A DNA stretch of 64,000 bases, taken from the NCBI GenBank assembly GCA_045617885.1, contig JAZLJN010000002.1, positions 10,184-74,183 of the forward strand, in the 5' to 3' direction. The translations under genes and the position numbers were made by a program. Of this stretch, positions 55,627-64,000 are shown one piece after another (within the stretch, counting starts at the first letter, position 1; every line of letters begins with the position of its first letter). Below the pieces are notes generated by a model, which made no database searches, was not told the origin of the DNA, and saw only the letters and a list, made by a program, of their open reading frames with translations. Origin of the DNA: Bacteroidales bacterium (lineage in GTDB: Bacteria > Bacteroidota > Bacteroidia > Bacteroidales > UBA3663).

Positions 55627-56610
55627 ATGAACTACAAGAATCTTTTTTCTGCCATCATGCTGATGGCTGCAGCGGTTCCTGTTTTTGCTGAGGATGCCGC
55701 TACTGAAGAGTCTCATTGGACCAAGAAGGGCAATGCCAGCCTTCAGTTTACCCAGGGTTTCGTGTCTAAGAACTGGTACAAGGGTGGAGAGTCCAACTTT
55801 GCCCTGTTGGCTACAGGTGATTATCAGTTTAACTACAAGCTTGAGAAGCTGACTTGGGATAATCATCTGGAGGGCAAGCTCGGTTTCGTTACCACACCTT
55901 CAGACCTCTATCATGACTATATGTCAAACACTGACCTCCTCAAGTGGACCTCTAAGGTGGGCTATGAGGCAGGTAAGAACTGGTTCTACACCCTTCAGGC
56001 TATCGGACAGACACAGTGGTGCCCTGGTTTCAAGACCAACACAAAGGATGAGTTCTCTAAGTTCTTCTCTCCAGCTTATCTAACCGTCTCTCTCGGTATG
56101 GACTGGAAGAAATCAAAGGAGAATATTGAGTGGACTATCTTCCTCGGTCCTGTAGCCTACAATCTGAAGTATGTCAATGATCCATGGCGTGGTTTCTATA
56201 CCTGCAATAATATCGGAGATGACTTCGGTAAGGAGATGCACTCAAATGGTCGCATTGATGGCACCCAGTTCGGTCTGATGAAGGGCGAGTTCAATGCCTA
56301 TGACCTTGGTGCCTCTGCCAAGGCCGGCATGAACTGGAAACTCTGCAAGTATCTGACCTGGACCTCACAGGCACAATACTTCTCACCTCTCTATAATGTG
56401 GGCAAGAAGGATCAGAACGGCAAGCATCACGGCTATACCAACTTTGAGTGGGAGAACACCTTCGATATGCCACTCAACAAGTTCTTCTCTACCAAGGTCT
56501 ATACCCACCTTCGTTTTGATGACTCTGTCAGCCCAGACAAGAAGTTCGGCGGATGGGGCTACTTCCAGTTCACTGAGCTCTTGAGCTTCGGTATCTCTTA
56601 TAATTGGTAA
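55627..56610 (+). CDS. Outer-membrane beta-barrel protein, DUF3078-like
   Basis: MNYKNLFSAIMLMAAAVPVFA signal peptide, a GNASLQFTQGFVSKNWYKGGESNF motif, and a terminal ...SFGISYNW. Confidence 0.65.
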   Translation: MNYKNLFSAIMLMAAAVPVFAEDAATEESHWTKKGNASLQFTQGFVSKNWYKGGESNFALLATGDYQFNYKLEKLTWDNHLEGKLGFVTTPSDLYHDYMSNTDLLKWTSKVGYEAGKNWFYTLQAIGQTQWCPGFKTNTKDEFSKFFSPAYLTVSLGMDWKKSKENIEWTIFLGPVAYNLKYVNDPWRGFYTCNNIGDDFGKEMHSNGRIDGTQFGLMKGEFNAYDLGASAKAGMNWKLCKYLTWTSQAQYFSPLYNVGKKDQNGKHHGYTNFEWENTFDMPLNKFFSTKVYTHLRFDDSVSPDKKFGGWGYFQFTELLSFGISYNW

Positions 56611-56618
56611 GAGTTCAA

Positions 56619-57710
56619 TTACCTTGGATATTGCATCGTTACGCAATGCAATGATCCATGTTGTCTGATAAGTACACGGCAGTCAATGCCGATGATTTCG
56701 CGGCCAGGGAATGCGTCTTGCAGCACCTTGGCCGCTTTCTTGTCATTATCCGGCTGATTATAGGTGGGGTAGAGTACCGCTCCATTCAGGATCAGGAAGT
56801 TGGCATATGTGGCTGGGAGGCGCTGGTCGCCCTCTTCCTCCACGGCATCGGCAAAGTCGCTCTCCTTGATTTCATCGGGCATAGGCAGCGCCAGCAGTCG
56901 GTAAGGCTGACCCTCCAGGGTGCGGAAGGTCTGCAGTTGAGCCTCCATCTGCTGCAGCTCGTCATAATGGATGTCATCCGGATCAGTACACTTGACATAG
57001 ACGATAGTGTGGTCAGGGCAGAGACGAGCCAGGGTGTCAATGTGGCTGTCTGTATCATCGCCCACCAGGAATCCGTGGTCCAGCCAGAGAATCTGCTTGC
57101 AGCCGAAGTCTTCACCAAACCATTCATTGAAAGGCTCCTTGCTCTCAAAGTAGTTGCGGTTGGCTGAAAGCAGGCATTCGGCAGTAGTCAGGATGGTACC
57201 CTCGCCGTCACTCTCAATAGAACCGCCCTCAAGGACGTGTTTGAGGGCGCACCTGTATTTTGCCTCCCAGAAGTCCAGCAGGTCATTCTCCTCAAAGATG
57301 CCGCTTTCATAAACCCTCTGGTTGATCTGATTGTCCAGGTCGGCGGCAAACTTCATGCCCCATCCGTTGAAGCTGTAGTCATTAAGCAGTATGCCGTCTC
57401 CTCCCTCCTGCAGGTCAGTGGCTGTACGGGTACTGATGAAGGCATGGTCACGAGCCCATGTATCGTTAGTCGGGCATTCGCATATCACCACCTGGCTCAT
57501 ATCTATATTTCCTGCTGTAAGCAGCTGAGTCTCCACCTCCTCGGGTTCTGGGGTGACGATAATCAGCGGTTCAAAGCGGGTGATGGCCTGAGCCAGTTGG
57601 ATGAAGCATTCCTGAGCAGACTCCAGGTAGGGAGCCCAGTCAGTCTCGGCGTGCGGCCAGGTGAGTTGTACGAACCTTTGTGGTTCCCATTCGGCAGGAA
57701 GTATAGGCAT
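56619..57710 (-). CDS. Agmatine deiminase family protein (Porphyromonas-type peptidyl-arginine deiminase fold)
   Basis: 363 aa with WARD, DSHIDTLARL and a GSLHCVTMQ catalytic Cys region. Confidence 0.9.
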   Translation of the reverse strand: MPILPAEWEPQRFVQLTWPHAETDWAPYLESAQECFIQLAQAITRFEPLIIVTPEPEEVETQLLTAGNIDMSQVVICECPTNDTWARDHAFISTRTATDLQEGGDGILLNDYSFNGWGMKFAADLDNQINQRVYESGIFEENDLLDFWEAKYRCALKHVLEGGSIESDGEGTILTTAECLLSANRNYFESKEPFNEWFGEDFGCKQILWLDHGFLVGDDTDSHIDTLARLCPDHTIVYVKCTDPDDIHYDELQQMEAQLQTFRTLEGQPYRLLALPMPDEIKESDFADAVEEEGDQRLPATYANFLILNGAVLYPTYNQPDNDKKAAKVLQDAFPGREIIGIDCRVLIRQHGSLHCVTMQYPR

Positions 57711-57908
57711 GGTGATTGGAGTTAAATTGTTTCGTCATCTGCGCTGCAGATTATGGTCGCAAAGTTAATTGTTTTGGGTGACAATAGAAAGTTTTGTACC
57801 AAAAATTCTCTTTTTTTTACGTTTTTTTGCGCTTGGATTGAGGGTTTTTAGTAAATATTCTGTATCTTTGCACACATAATCAACCTTTAATTATCCGATA
57901 TCTCCACT

Positions 57909-58205
57909 ATGTCCAAAGCTTCGAAGATACTTCGCTTTGCGATGCGTCACTGGTTCAAGACCCTTTGCATGCTGTTCCTTTTCTACATGCTTTTCATGAG
58001 CGAACACAGCGTGTGGCGTATCATACGCCTTCATGCCCAGGAGGAGGGGTTACGTCGTGAGATCCGCCAGTATCAGGATACGATAGAGGCTTTCCAGCGT
58101 CGTATTGACCAGGTGAGCGTTGATAATGAAGCGCTGGAGAAGCATGCCCGTGAGCGCCTTCACATGCATCGAGAGAATGAGGACCTTTATCTGTTTGAGA
58201 AATGA
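57909..58205 (+). CDS. Septum formation initiator (FtsB/DivIC-like) protein
   Basis: 98 aa with a single TM segment followed by a coiled coil (LRREIRQYQDTIEAFQRRIDQ). A TATCTTTG box lies upstream. Confidence 0.65.
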   Translation: MSKASKILRFAMRHWFKTLCMLFLFYMLFMSEHSVWRIIRLHAQEEGLRREIRQYQDTIEAFQRRIDQVSVDNEALEKHARERLHMHRENEDLYLFEK

Positions 58206-58525
58206 AGTACATCGAACAAGCTGCTTATATCCTTCTGCTGGCTGGAGCCATTCTGTATCTGCCCTTCCGTCAGATAGCCCCTTATGTCTTCGCTGTGGGG
58301 GCAGCCTTGCTGCTGGGCACCCATCTGGCAGAGCGTTATCAGGGGACTAACCTCCGTCTCAAACGGAACTTGCGTACTCGCCACCTGATAGGTGTTTTCT
58401 ATGCCACAGCCGCCTGGTTTATGTTCGAGGCAGGTATGTACTGGCTCCCTTTGCTTTCAGTGGGAGTGATGCTTGAGCTTTATACGCTTTGGGTGATCTC
58501 AAAGGAGAACGAAAAAGAGAACTGA
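58202..58525 (+). CDS. Small integral membrane protein (3 TM), unknown function
   Basis: 107 aa. It overlaps the upstream gene by 4 nt (ATGA) and has hydrophobic segments. Confidence 0.55.
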   Translation: MKYIEQAAYILLLAGAILYLPFRQIAPYVFAVGAALLLGTHLAERYQGTNLRLKRNLRTRHLIGVFYATAAWFMFEAGMYWLPLLSVGVMLELYTLWVISKENEKEN

Positions 58526-58542
58526 ATAGAAGTATTGTGAAG

Positions 58543-59397
58543 ATGAAACGTGGATTAGTACTCGAAGGGGGAGGCATGCGAGGCCTCTTTACGGCAGGTG
58601 TGCTTGATGAGATGATGGAGCAGGGCCTGGATCAGTGCTTCGAAGGGGCTGTAGGCGTTTCTGCCGGTGCCTGCTTCGGTGTCAATATCAAATCCGGACA
58701 ACAGGGACGTGCGCTGCGATATAATGTCAAGATGTATCGCAATCCGAACTATATCAGTATCCGCTCCCTGCTCACTACGGGTAATCTGATCAATGCCGAG
58801 TATTGCTACCATACCGTCCCCACGCAGATTGATGTCTTTGATGGCGAATCCTTTGCCCGTAATCCTATGTCCTTCCACCTGGTATGTACTGACTGTCTTA
58901 CGGGTAAGCCAGTGTATCATGAGATAGATCATGTGGATTATGAGGTGCTCGAATGGATTCGCGCCTCTGCCTCCTTGCCAATGGTGTCAAAGCCGGTGGT
59001 GCTTGGAGATCATGTCCTGCTGGATGGCGGTATTTCTGACTCCATACCGCTGCAATACTTCCAGCAGCAGGGATATGAACGTAACGTAGTGGTGCTGACC
59101 CAGCCTTTGGGCTACCAGAAGCCGCCTACCGGAGCCATGTGGCTGGTAAAACTTCTGCTTCGCCGTTATCCGAAGGTGGTGGATTGTATGGCACGCCGTC
59201 ATGAGATGTATAATGCGGAGCTGGAGTATGTGATGAATGAGGTGCGCAAGGGGAATACCCTCATAGTGGCGCCGCCGGAGAAACTCCCTATCGGGCGTGT
59301 AGAACAGAAACCTGATAAATTGCGTCTGATTACCCGAATGGGTCGTGAAGCCTGTCAGAAGCAGGTCACAGAAATACGGGATTTCTTATGTCAATAG
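58543..59397 (+). CDS. Patatin-like phospholipase
   Basis: MKRGLVLEGGGMRGLF (oxyanion GGGxRG), a GVSAGA nucleophile motif, and DGGISD (catalytic Asp). Confidence 0.9.
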   Translation: MKRGLVLEGGGMRGLFTAGVLDEMMEQGLDQCFEGAVGVSAGACFGVNIKSGQQGRALRYNVKMYRNPNYISIRSLLTTGNLINAEYCYHTVPTQIDVFDGESFARNPMSFHLVCTDCLTGKPVYHEIDHVDYEVLEWIRASASLPMVSKPVVLGDHVLLDGGISDSIPLQYFQQQGYERNVVVLTQPLGYQKPPTGAMWLVKLLLRRYPKVVDCMARRHEMYNAELEYVMNEVRKGNTLIVAPPEKLPIGRVEQKPDKLRLITRMGREACQKQVTEIRDFLCQ

Positions 59398-59428
59398 ATT
59401 CCTCATTGACAATTGAGCCTCTTGGAGG

Positions 59429-59632
59429 TTGGACGCCGAATTCACGATTGTTAAATGGATGCCAAGATTGTTGGCGCCAATTTCACAGTTGTTAAATGGA
59501 CGCCAAGACCTTTGGCGCCGATTTCACGGTTGTTAAATGGCCGCCAGAACCGTTGGCGTTGATTTCACCGTTATTTTATGAATGCCAAAAGATGCTGGCG
59601 AAGATTTGCAAAATCACAAATCTTCGCCAGCA
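59429..59632. repeat. Tandem hairpin repeats with a period of about 41 bp (4 units) ending in a 16-bp stem-loop. They belong to the same family as the A units at 34024-34145.
   Basis: Units read GTTGTTAAATGGACGCCAAGA..TTGGCGCC.ATTTCAC. The terminal hairpin pairs TGCTGGCGAAGATTTG (59593-59608) with CAAATCTTCGCCAGCA (59617-59632). The block lies between convergent genes. Confidence 0.8.
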
Positions 59633-59654
59633 TCCTTATTTATCCGGTTCCTTA

Positions 59655-60584
59655 TCAGAAAGTCTCCGTGAAGATTCCAGTAAAGTTGTCATCCACTGAC
59701 ATACTGAAGTTAGCGCTGCTTCCATAGAAGATACCCTGATACTGGGTGTAGTATCCTGCACTGACAGGAACGTTGGATAGCACGTGGGATGTAATCAGCG
59801 TGTTGTCTGCACGATAGGCGCTATATGTAACACTGCCAATGTTAGGCGTGCCGCCGCCCCATGTGCCCTCTGGCTCAAAACTGAAGAAGGTGAAGGACTT
59901 GTTGGCATTATAGTTATCCTGTGTGTATGGGATGGATAGGCTTATGCCGTCAGCAGAACTTCTTCCCTTCATGGTAGTAAGGTCGAGCGTCCAGCAGATG
60001 TCGCTGCCAGAAATCTGCATCTTGCTGATGGAAGTATCCTGCTCGTCCAGGCATACCAGATCCACACGGCCTGCAATGAGTGGCAGGCTGACGGATTGGG
60101 TTGTCTCCGAGCTCTGTGAAATGCTGACGCTTACTTTCTTTGCCCATGTGTAACTGAGGGTTTTGACTTCTGTACTCCAGGATACAGTCAGCGCCTCTGT
60201 GTCAACCTGCGCATACTCTCTGGCTGCAGCAAGGAAATAGAGGTCATGCTGGCCGTAGCTCAAGACGATGGAACACTGGCTGAGTACATCATCCACGTGC
60301 TGGAAACCAGAGCCGTCTGTGACGGTGCCTTCTGTGAGCTGGAGTGTCTGCTTCACCTCGCCATCCTTTACGTCAATCACCAGCATTGTAGTGGGGTTGG
60401 CTGTGAAGTTGGCACGTGTCTGGTCAGAGAGTGCGCCTTGTGTCAGTCCGAAGGTCTCAAACTGGAAGGTGGTCAGTTTGCTGTCTGACTGTATATTTTC
60501 GCCCATAGGTTCTTCACTCTGGAAACATGATGTACAGACGAATGGAAGAAGGGTAATGCCGAAGTATTGAATGAACTGTTTCAT
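59655..60584 (-). CDS. Lipoprotein, possibly a Mfa2/FimB-like fimbrial accessory subunit
   Basis: MKQFIQYFGITLLPFVCTSCF lipobox. The protein is beta-rich and is a paralog of the upstream gene. The family assignment is weak. Confidence 0.45.
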   Translation of the reverse strand: MKQFIQYFGITLLPFVCTSCFQSEEPMGENIQSDSKLTTFQFETFGLTQGALSDQTRANFTANPTTMLVIDVKDGEVKQTLQLTEGTVTDGSGFQHVDDVLSQCSIVLSYGQHDLYFLAAAREYAQVDTEALTVSWSTEVKTLSYTWAKKVSVSISQSSETTQSVSLPLIAGRVDLVCLDEQDTSISKMQISGSDICWTLDLTTMKGRSSADGISLSIPYTQDNYNANKSFTFFSFEPEGTWGGGTPNIGSVTYSAYRADNTLITSHVLSNVPVSAGYYTQYQGIFYGSSANFSMSVDDNFTGIFTETF

Positions 60585-60598
60585 TGGGTTGTAGTGGG

Positions 60599-61462
60599 TT
60601 AGATATCTATTATTTCTGACCATTCGCCTTCGCCGGGAATGTCAATGGTGAAGCCACCTTGCGAGGAACCGCCTTCACCGAAAAACTCAATGGTACTTTG
60701 GGTGATCTTGTTGATGGTGACAGGGAGGGATTCGTAAACACGTTCGGCAACGACATCATCCGAAGCGCTATAAGCCGAAACCGTCATCTTGAGCACATCT
60801 GACGTTTCATGTGGGAAAGTATAGACGTCAAACTGTCCGGTCTGTCCAATCATTGAACTTACAGAGAAGGTCTCCGTCTGGCGTGAGTTGACACTGCCCA
60901 GACCCGTCACGGCATTGAAGGTAGAGCTGCCACCAGTATAATAGAACTGCATCTTTGACACCTCGGCAGGGATGACGTCGGTTGTATTCAGTCGGAACAT
61001 AGCCACGGCTCTGTGCAGATCAATGGTCTGCGTGGAGGCATCACTGACGGTAAAGGTGCCGTAATGATAGAATGTGTCAGTACACTTGTTGCTGGCAAAG
61101 GTAATCTTCTCGGTAGAGGAAATAGAACAGTTGCCCAGACCGTTGTGTGCTATCAGGACTGCCTCATAGGTGCCGGGAGATAGCGAGAAGTTGAAAGTGC
61201 CGAATGACGGACTGTCAGCCAGCTGATTGATGTTCTTGACCTTGTCTCCATCCTTAAAGACGGCAAGGGTCATACGGGAACAAAGGTTTGACAAAGATCG
61301 GGTGCCGAAGTCATCGAATGGGATGAGTTCGACACTTCCGATACTGAAGGTAACGGGTACTGCAGAGGGATCACTGACCCCTGAACCATCGTTGATTTCT
61401 GCCTCTGGCGAGAAACAGGAAGTGCAAAGAAGGGGGAGCAGAAACATTGTAAAACGTTTCAT
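60599..61462 (-). CDS. Lipoprotein, a paralog of 59655-60584 (possibly fimbrillin-like)
   Basis: MKRFTMFLLPLLCTSCF lipobox and an HRAVAMFRLNT motif. A minus-strand TACCTTTG box lies near 61670, giving a leader of about 200 nt. Confidence 0.45.
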   Translation of the reverse strand: MKRFTMFLLPLLCTSCFSPEAEINDGSGVSDPSAVPVTFSIGSVELIPFDDFGTRSLSNLCSRMTLAVFKDGDKVKNINQLADSPSFGTFNFSLSPGTYEAVLIAHNGLGNCSISSTEKITFASNKCTDTFYHYGTFTVSDASTQTIDLHRAVAMFRLNTTDVIPAEVSKMQFYYTGGSSTFNAVTGLGSVNSRQTETFSVSSMIGQTGQFDVYTFPHETSDVLKMTVSAYSASDDVVAERVYESLPVTINKITQSTIEFFGEGGSSQGGFTIDIPGEGEWSEIIDI

Positions 61463-61785
61463 CTTCTTGAAGAAAAAAGTGAGAATTGTGGGTAAAAAAA
61501 TTGTTGAATAGACTTTGCGAGTCCTTTAATTAAAACAAAGAAAGAGAACCACGGAAATTTAGAAAATAAATACTTGAATATAATATGAGCTAATCTTGAG
61601 TGGTTACTTTTAGATGATAGATATGTTGTTGAGTATTGGTATTTGTATTATGTTGTTTTTATTGCGGCGGCAAAGGTAGAATTAAGTAATCGATAAAACA
61701 AATAAAAACGGAGATTTCTTTCGGAAAAGTGTTTTATAACATAAAAATGAGTATTTTTCAGGCGTGTATATACCGGTTTATGGAG

Positions 61786-62043
61786 TTAAATACCCAATAA
61801 AGCCTCAAGAATTTGCGTTGCTTCGATCATATCTTCGCCAAAACGGGCGTGGGAGAGAAGGAAATCCGTGCGTCCGGCAGAGAGGTGGGCATAGAGCTGC
61901 GGATCCATGTCGGCTACGAAGCTTGAGATGGCACACTCAATGTCATCCTGCTGCCAGGACAGCGTGGAATACTGGTAGACGCGCTGTTTCTGATGCAGGA
62001 AACAGTAGGCGGTCTCTATACTATGACGAGGGATGTTGTCCAT
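61786..62043 (-). CDS. Small conserved hypothetical protein (85 aa)
   Basis: A clean ORF whose start lies 3 nt from the trmH-family stop, so the two are probably co-transcribed. No motif recognised. Confidence 0.5.
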   Translation of the reverse strand: MDNIPRHSIETAYCFLHQKQRVYQYSTLSWQQDDIECAISSFVADMDPQLYAHLSAGRTDFLLSHARFGEDMIEATQILEALLGI

Positions 62044-62046
62044 GGT

Positions 62047-62850
62047 TCAGGAACGTGTGCGCAATTCCCAGAAGGCTACAGCCGCAGCGGCTGCAACATT
62101 GAGGGAATCAACCTGGTGGGACATAGGGATGCGAACCACATAGTCTGCCTGCTCAATGTGCTCGGCAGGAAGCCCATCGCCCTCTGTCCCCATGATGATG
62201 GCAAGGCGGGGGAGGGTCTGCAGCTGTGGGTCATCAATGGCAACGCTTTTGGACGTCAGCGCCATGGCTGCGGTCTGGAATCCGTATTCATGCAGCGTGG
62301 GTAGGGGAGCGGTGTACCAAGTCCAGGGAACAAGGAAGACCGATCCCATAGAGACACGTACGGCACGTCGGTTGAGAGGATCGCAGGTGTCAGGAGTAAG
62401 GAGTACGGCATCAATGCCAAGCGCTGCTGCCGAGCGGAATATGGAACCGATATTAGTAGTGTCAACGACTCCGTCAATGACTACAATCCGTCGGGCATCC
62501 TTCAGCACTTCTCCAATCGGGCGAGGTTGAGGGCGTCGCATGGCGCACAGCACACCTCTGGTAAGGACGTAACCCGTGAGTCTGGCAAGCAGCTCACGGG
62601 TTCCGGTATAGACGGGGATGTCTCCACACTGGGCAATGATCCGTTTGGCATCACCCTCAATGTGTTTCTCCTCGCAGAGTAAGGACAAAGGCTCATATCC
62701 GGCATCAAGTGCCACCTGAATCACCTTAGGACTCTCGGCTATGAAGATGCCCTTCTCTGGCTCCAGCCGGTTAAGCAGCTGCGCCTCTGTGAGGGAATGG
62801 AAAACCTCAGTGCCTGGGTGGTCAAGGGTAGTAATGCGGATGATGGCCAT
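62047..62850 (-). CDS. TrmH/SpoU family RNA 2'-O-methyltransferase
   Basis: 267 aa with SpoU motifs DGVVDTTNIGSIFRSAAALG, IIMGTEGDGL and IPMSHQVDSLNVAAA. Confidence 0.9.
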   Translation of the reverse strand: MAIIRITTLDHPGTEVFHSLTEAQLLNRLEPEKGIFIAESPKVIQVALDAGYEPLSLLCEEKHIEGDAKRIIAQCGDIPVYTGTRELLARLTGYVLTRGVLCAMRRPQPRPIGEVLKDARRIVVIDGVVDTTNIGSIFRSAAALGIDAVLLTPDTCDPLNRRAVRVSMGSVFLVPWTWYTAPLPTLHEYGFQTAAMALTSKSVAIDDPQLQTLPRLAIIMGTEGDGLPAEHIEQADYVVRIPMSHQVDSLNVAAAAAVAFWELRTRS

Positions 62851-62861
62851 GAGGAAACTGT

Positions 62862-62892
62862 ATTGATTCCTTTTGATTTCCTTTGTCGGATC
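62862..62892. repeat. Fourth copy of the AT-rich ATTGATT..TTTGATTTCCTTTGTCGGATC element
   Basis: ATTGATTCCTTTTGATTTCCTTTGTCGGATC lies 12 nt upstream of the trmH-family start. It matches the reverse complement of 54415-54446. Confidence 0.7.
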
Positions 62893-62936
62893 AATATAAA
62901 GGGATAAAGGTACTTATTGACATGCAGGAACTATAA

Positions 62937-64000
62937 TCAGCCCTTCAATGCAGCTGCAAAGCGCTCAAGGAAGATGTCGCACTCCTTCTTGGTAATACAC
63001 AGCGGAGGAAGGATTCGGAGCACGTTGGTACCTGCGGCGCCAGTGAAGACATGCTGTTCGAAGAGCAGTCGGTTACGTACCTCCTTGTATGGATGGTCGA
63101 ATTCGATGCCAATCATCAGTCCGCGACCACGCAGCTCCTTCAAGCCAGGAATATCCATAGCCTTGAGACCCGCCATCAGATACTCACCCATCTGTGCCGC
63201 ATTCTCTACAAGGTTTTCCTCCTTGATTACGTCGAGTACGGTGCATGCCAAAGCGCAACCGAGGTGATTACCGCCAAAGGTGGTGCCCAGCTGACCATAA
63301 ATTGGAGTTAACATAGGAGAAATAAGCACACCTGCAAACGGATAACCGTTGGCAATTCCCTTGGCTACGGTGATGATGTCTGGCTTGATACCATAATACT
63401 GGTGAGCAAAGAACTTGCCCGAGCGGCCGTAGCCTGACTGGATCTCATCGAGGATCAGTACCACGCCATTTTCAGCGGTTACTTTGCGGAGTTCCTGCAT
63501 GAACTCGGTGGTAGGGATATGAATACCGCCTACGCCAGAAATGCCTTCGATGATGACAGCAGCCACGTCGCCGTTGGCAATGCTTGCCTTAATGCCTTCA
63601 ATGTCGCCCAATTCAAAGAAATCGACAGGGAAGGTGGCGTTGATTGGAGCCTGGATCTTAGGATTCTGGGTTACGTTGACTGCAGCAGAAGTGCGGCCAT
63701 GGAAGGCATGACCGAAAGCGATGATCTTCTTCTTGCCGGTATAGAAAGAGGCGAGCTTCAGAGCATTCTCGTTGGCCTCTGCACCAGAGTTGATGAGGAA
63801 GAGCTGATAATCATCATAGCCACAGATGGGACCGAGCTTCTCTGCCAGCTTGACCTGCAGCGGATTCTTCACAGCATTGCTATAGAATGATAACTTTGCA
63901 GCCTGTTCCTGCATGGTCTGCAGATATTTAGGATGTGCATGACCGATGCTGATCACAGCATGACCGCCATAGAAGTCGAGATATTCCTGGCCTTTGTCGT
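62937..64000 (-). CDS. Class III PLP aminotransferase (acetylornithine/ArgD-like). The C-terminal part is in the window; the N-terminus lies beyond it.
   Basis: LILDEIQSGYGRSGKFFA, TVAKGIANG (PLP lysine) and GTFGGNHLGCA motifs. The frame stays open to position 64000. Confidence 0.85.
   Translation of the reverse strand, partial: DKGQEYLDFYGGHAVISIGHAHPKYLQTMQEQAAKLSFYSNAVKNPLQVKLAEKLGPICGYDDYQLFLINSGAEANENALKLASFYTGKKKIIAFGHAFHGRTSAAVNVTQNPKIQAPINATFPVDFFELGDIEGIKASIANGDVAAVIIEGISGVGGIHIPTTEFMQELRKVTAENGVVLILDEIQSGYGRSGKFFAHQYYGIKPDIITVAKGIANGYPFAGVLISPMLTPIYGQLGTTFGGNHLGCALACTVLDVIKEENLVENAAQMGEYLMAGLKAMDIPGLKELRGRGLMIGIEFDHPYKEVRNRLLFEQHVFTGAAGTNVLRILPPLCITKKECDIFLERFAAALKG

Overview
This looks like a chromosomal segment of a Bacteroidales bacterium. 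It is Prevotella-like by gene content: a hybrid two-component sensor, a T9SS-sorted surface protein, and TAnnTTTG -7 promoter boxes. I cannot prove the genus without a database search. About 45 ordinary housekeeping, envelope and transport genes are present (dnaX, asd, mutS2, queA, dnaB, tatA, ridA and others). They flank a visibly AT-richer island of about 17 kb (about 16.7-34.0 kb), entirely on the + strand. The island carries a type III-A-like CRISPR-Cas system in three modules. (1) Effector module: cas6, an unusually short HD-less cas10 (501 aa, GGDD intact), csm2, csm3, csm4, and a csm5 with a C-terminal extension of about 215 aa. (2) CRISPR array 1 is followed directly by cas1, a Prim-Pol (CAPP-like) gene, an N-terminally extended cas2, and an uncharacterised 505-aa TPR-like/beta-rich ORF. 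(3) CRISPR array 2 has a near-identical duplicated promoter and leader. It is followed by a separately promoted accessory operon: a RecD-like SF1 helicase, two divergent CARF-HEPN (Csx1/Csm6-type) paralogs, and a small Csx20-like protein. The parts most worth follow-up are the accessory operon, the 505-aa ORF in the adaptation operon, the HD-less Cas10 and the extended Csm5. Outside the island I note several further items: two loci of 41-43 bp tandem hairpin repeats, a ~25-30 bp AT-rich repeat family upstream of dnaB and trmH, and an MBOAT gene remnant. There are also a long untranslated leader or sRNA candidate, a glycan-decoration cluster with a cytidylyltransferase-oxidoreductase fusion, and a 1462-aa T9SS surface protein. 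All functional calls rest on motifs I read in the supplied translations. No homology search was possible, so family names are recognitions from memory and novelty claims are hypotheses.
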